Shown: piece after piece, positions 58,171 through 58,262 of the stretch
Position numbering within the stretch: position 1 is the first letter of the stretch
Layout of the letters: each line of letters begins with the position of its first letter
DNA from: Omnitrophica bacterium GWA2_41_15
GTDB taxonomy: Bacteria > Omnitrophota > Gorgyraeia > Gygaellales > Profunditerraquicolaceae
Assembly: GCA_919901915.1 (NCBI GenBank)
Contig: CAKKQB010000013.1
Coordinates: 1-58,262 of the forward strand
Length of the DNA stretch: 58,262 bases
Direction of reading: 5' to 3'
Notes under the pieces: generated by a model
The model's input: only the letters and a program-made list of their open reading frames with translations
Database searches by the model: none
Told to the model about the DNA's origin: nothing
Program-made: the position numbers and the translations under genes

Positions 58171-58262
58171 TTTTATTATTTGCTTTTACGCTATACGCTA
58201 TACGCTCTTAATATACCATAACAATTGACTTTTGTCGAGATTTTGCTATTATGGCGGCTATA

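Overview
58.3-kb AT-leaning bacterial chromosomal segment. It is almost entirely housekeeping and almost entirely minus-strand: by my count 55 of 57 CDS plus 3 tRNAs. Only a PpiD-like chaperone (15459-16874) and a DegP-like protease (24649-26136) are on the plus strand. In transcription order (right to left) the genes are: msbA-like ABC exporter; rpsB-tsf-pyrH-frr; tRNA-Lys/Leu/Gly; ptsN-yvcK-ptsH-ptsI; a sugar-phosphate nucleotidyltransferase; metK-ahcY; pfkA-fba; ilvD-[hicB-hicA]-ilvB-ilvN-[mntA-hepT]-ilvC-leuA; aroE; pilD; malQ; pgeF; cutA; ccdA-tlpA; ybaB; porGDAB-ferredoxin; uppP; purB-purSL; greA; hldD; a LysM amidase; gcvT-H-PA-PB; an LplA/LipM-like ligase; lipA; and a DUF4143 AAA ATPase. 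I found no large novel multi-gene system. What stands out lies between and inside the housekeeping genes:
1. Two small toxin-antitoxin cassettes sit inside the ilv operon. The hicBA cassette is flanked by a diverged duplicate of the ilvD 3-prime end.
2. A MITE family has GGTTCTTTCGT termini and near-perfect 8-bp target duplications. A decayed ISL3-type transposase remnant carries the same terminus.
3. At least two further palindromic repeat families occur: GTCATTG...CAATGAC elements and GTCATTCCGGCGAAAGCCGGAATCCAG hairpins.
4. Many intercistronic spacers hold hairpins built from tandem 7-nt words whose sequence differs from locus to locus.
5. Three in-frame 7-nt word arrays lie inside purL.
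6. A ~1-kb non-coding convergent gap holds mobile-element debris and an orphan consensus-like promoter.
All protein calls rest on motifs and family features recognised by eye in the supplied translations. No searches or folding calculations were run.
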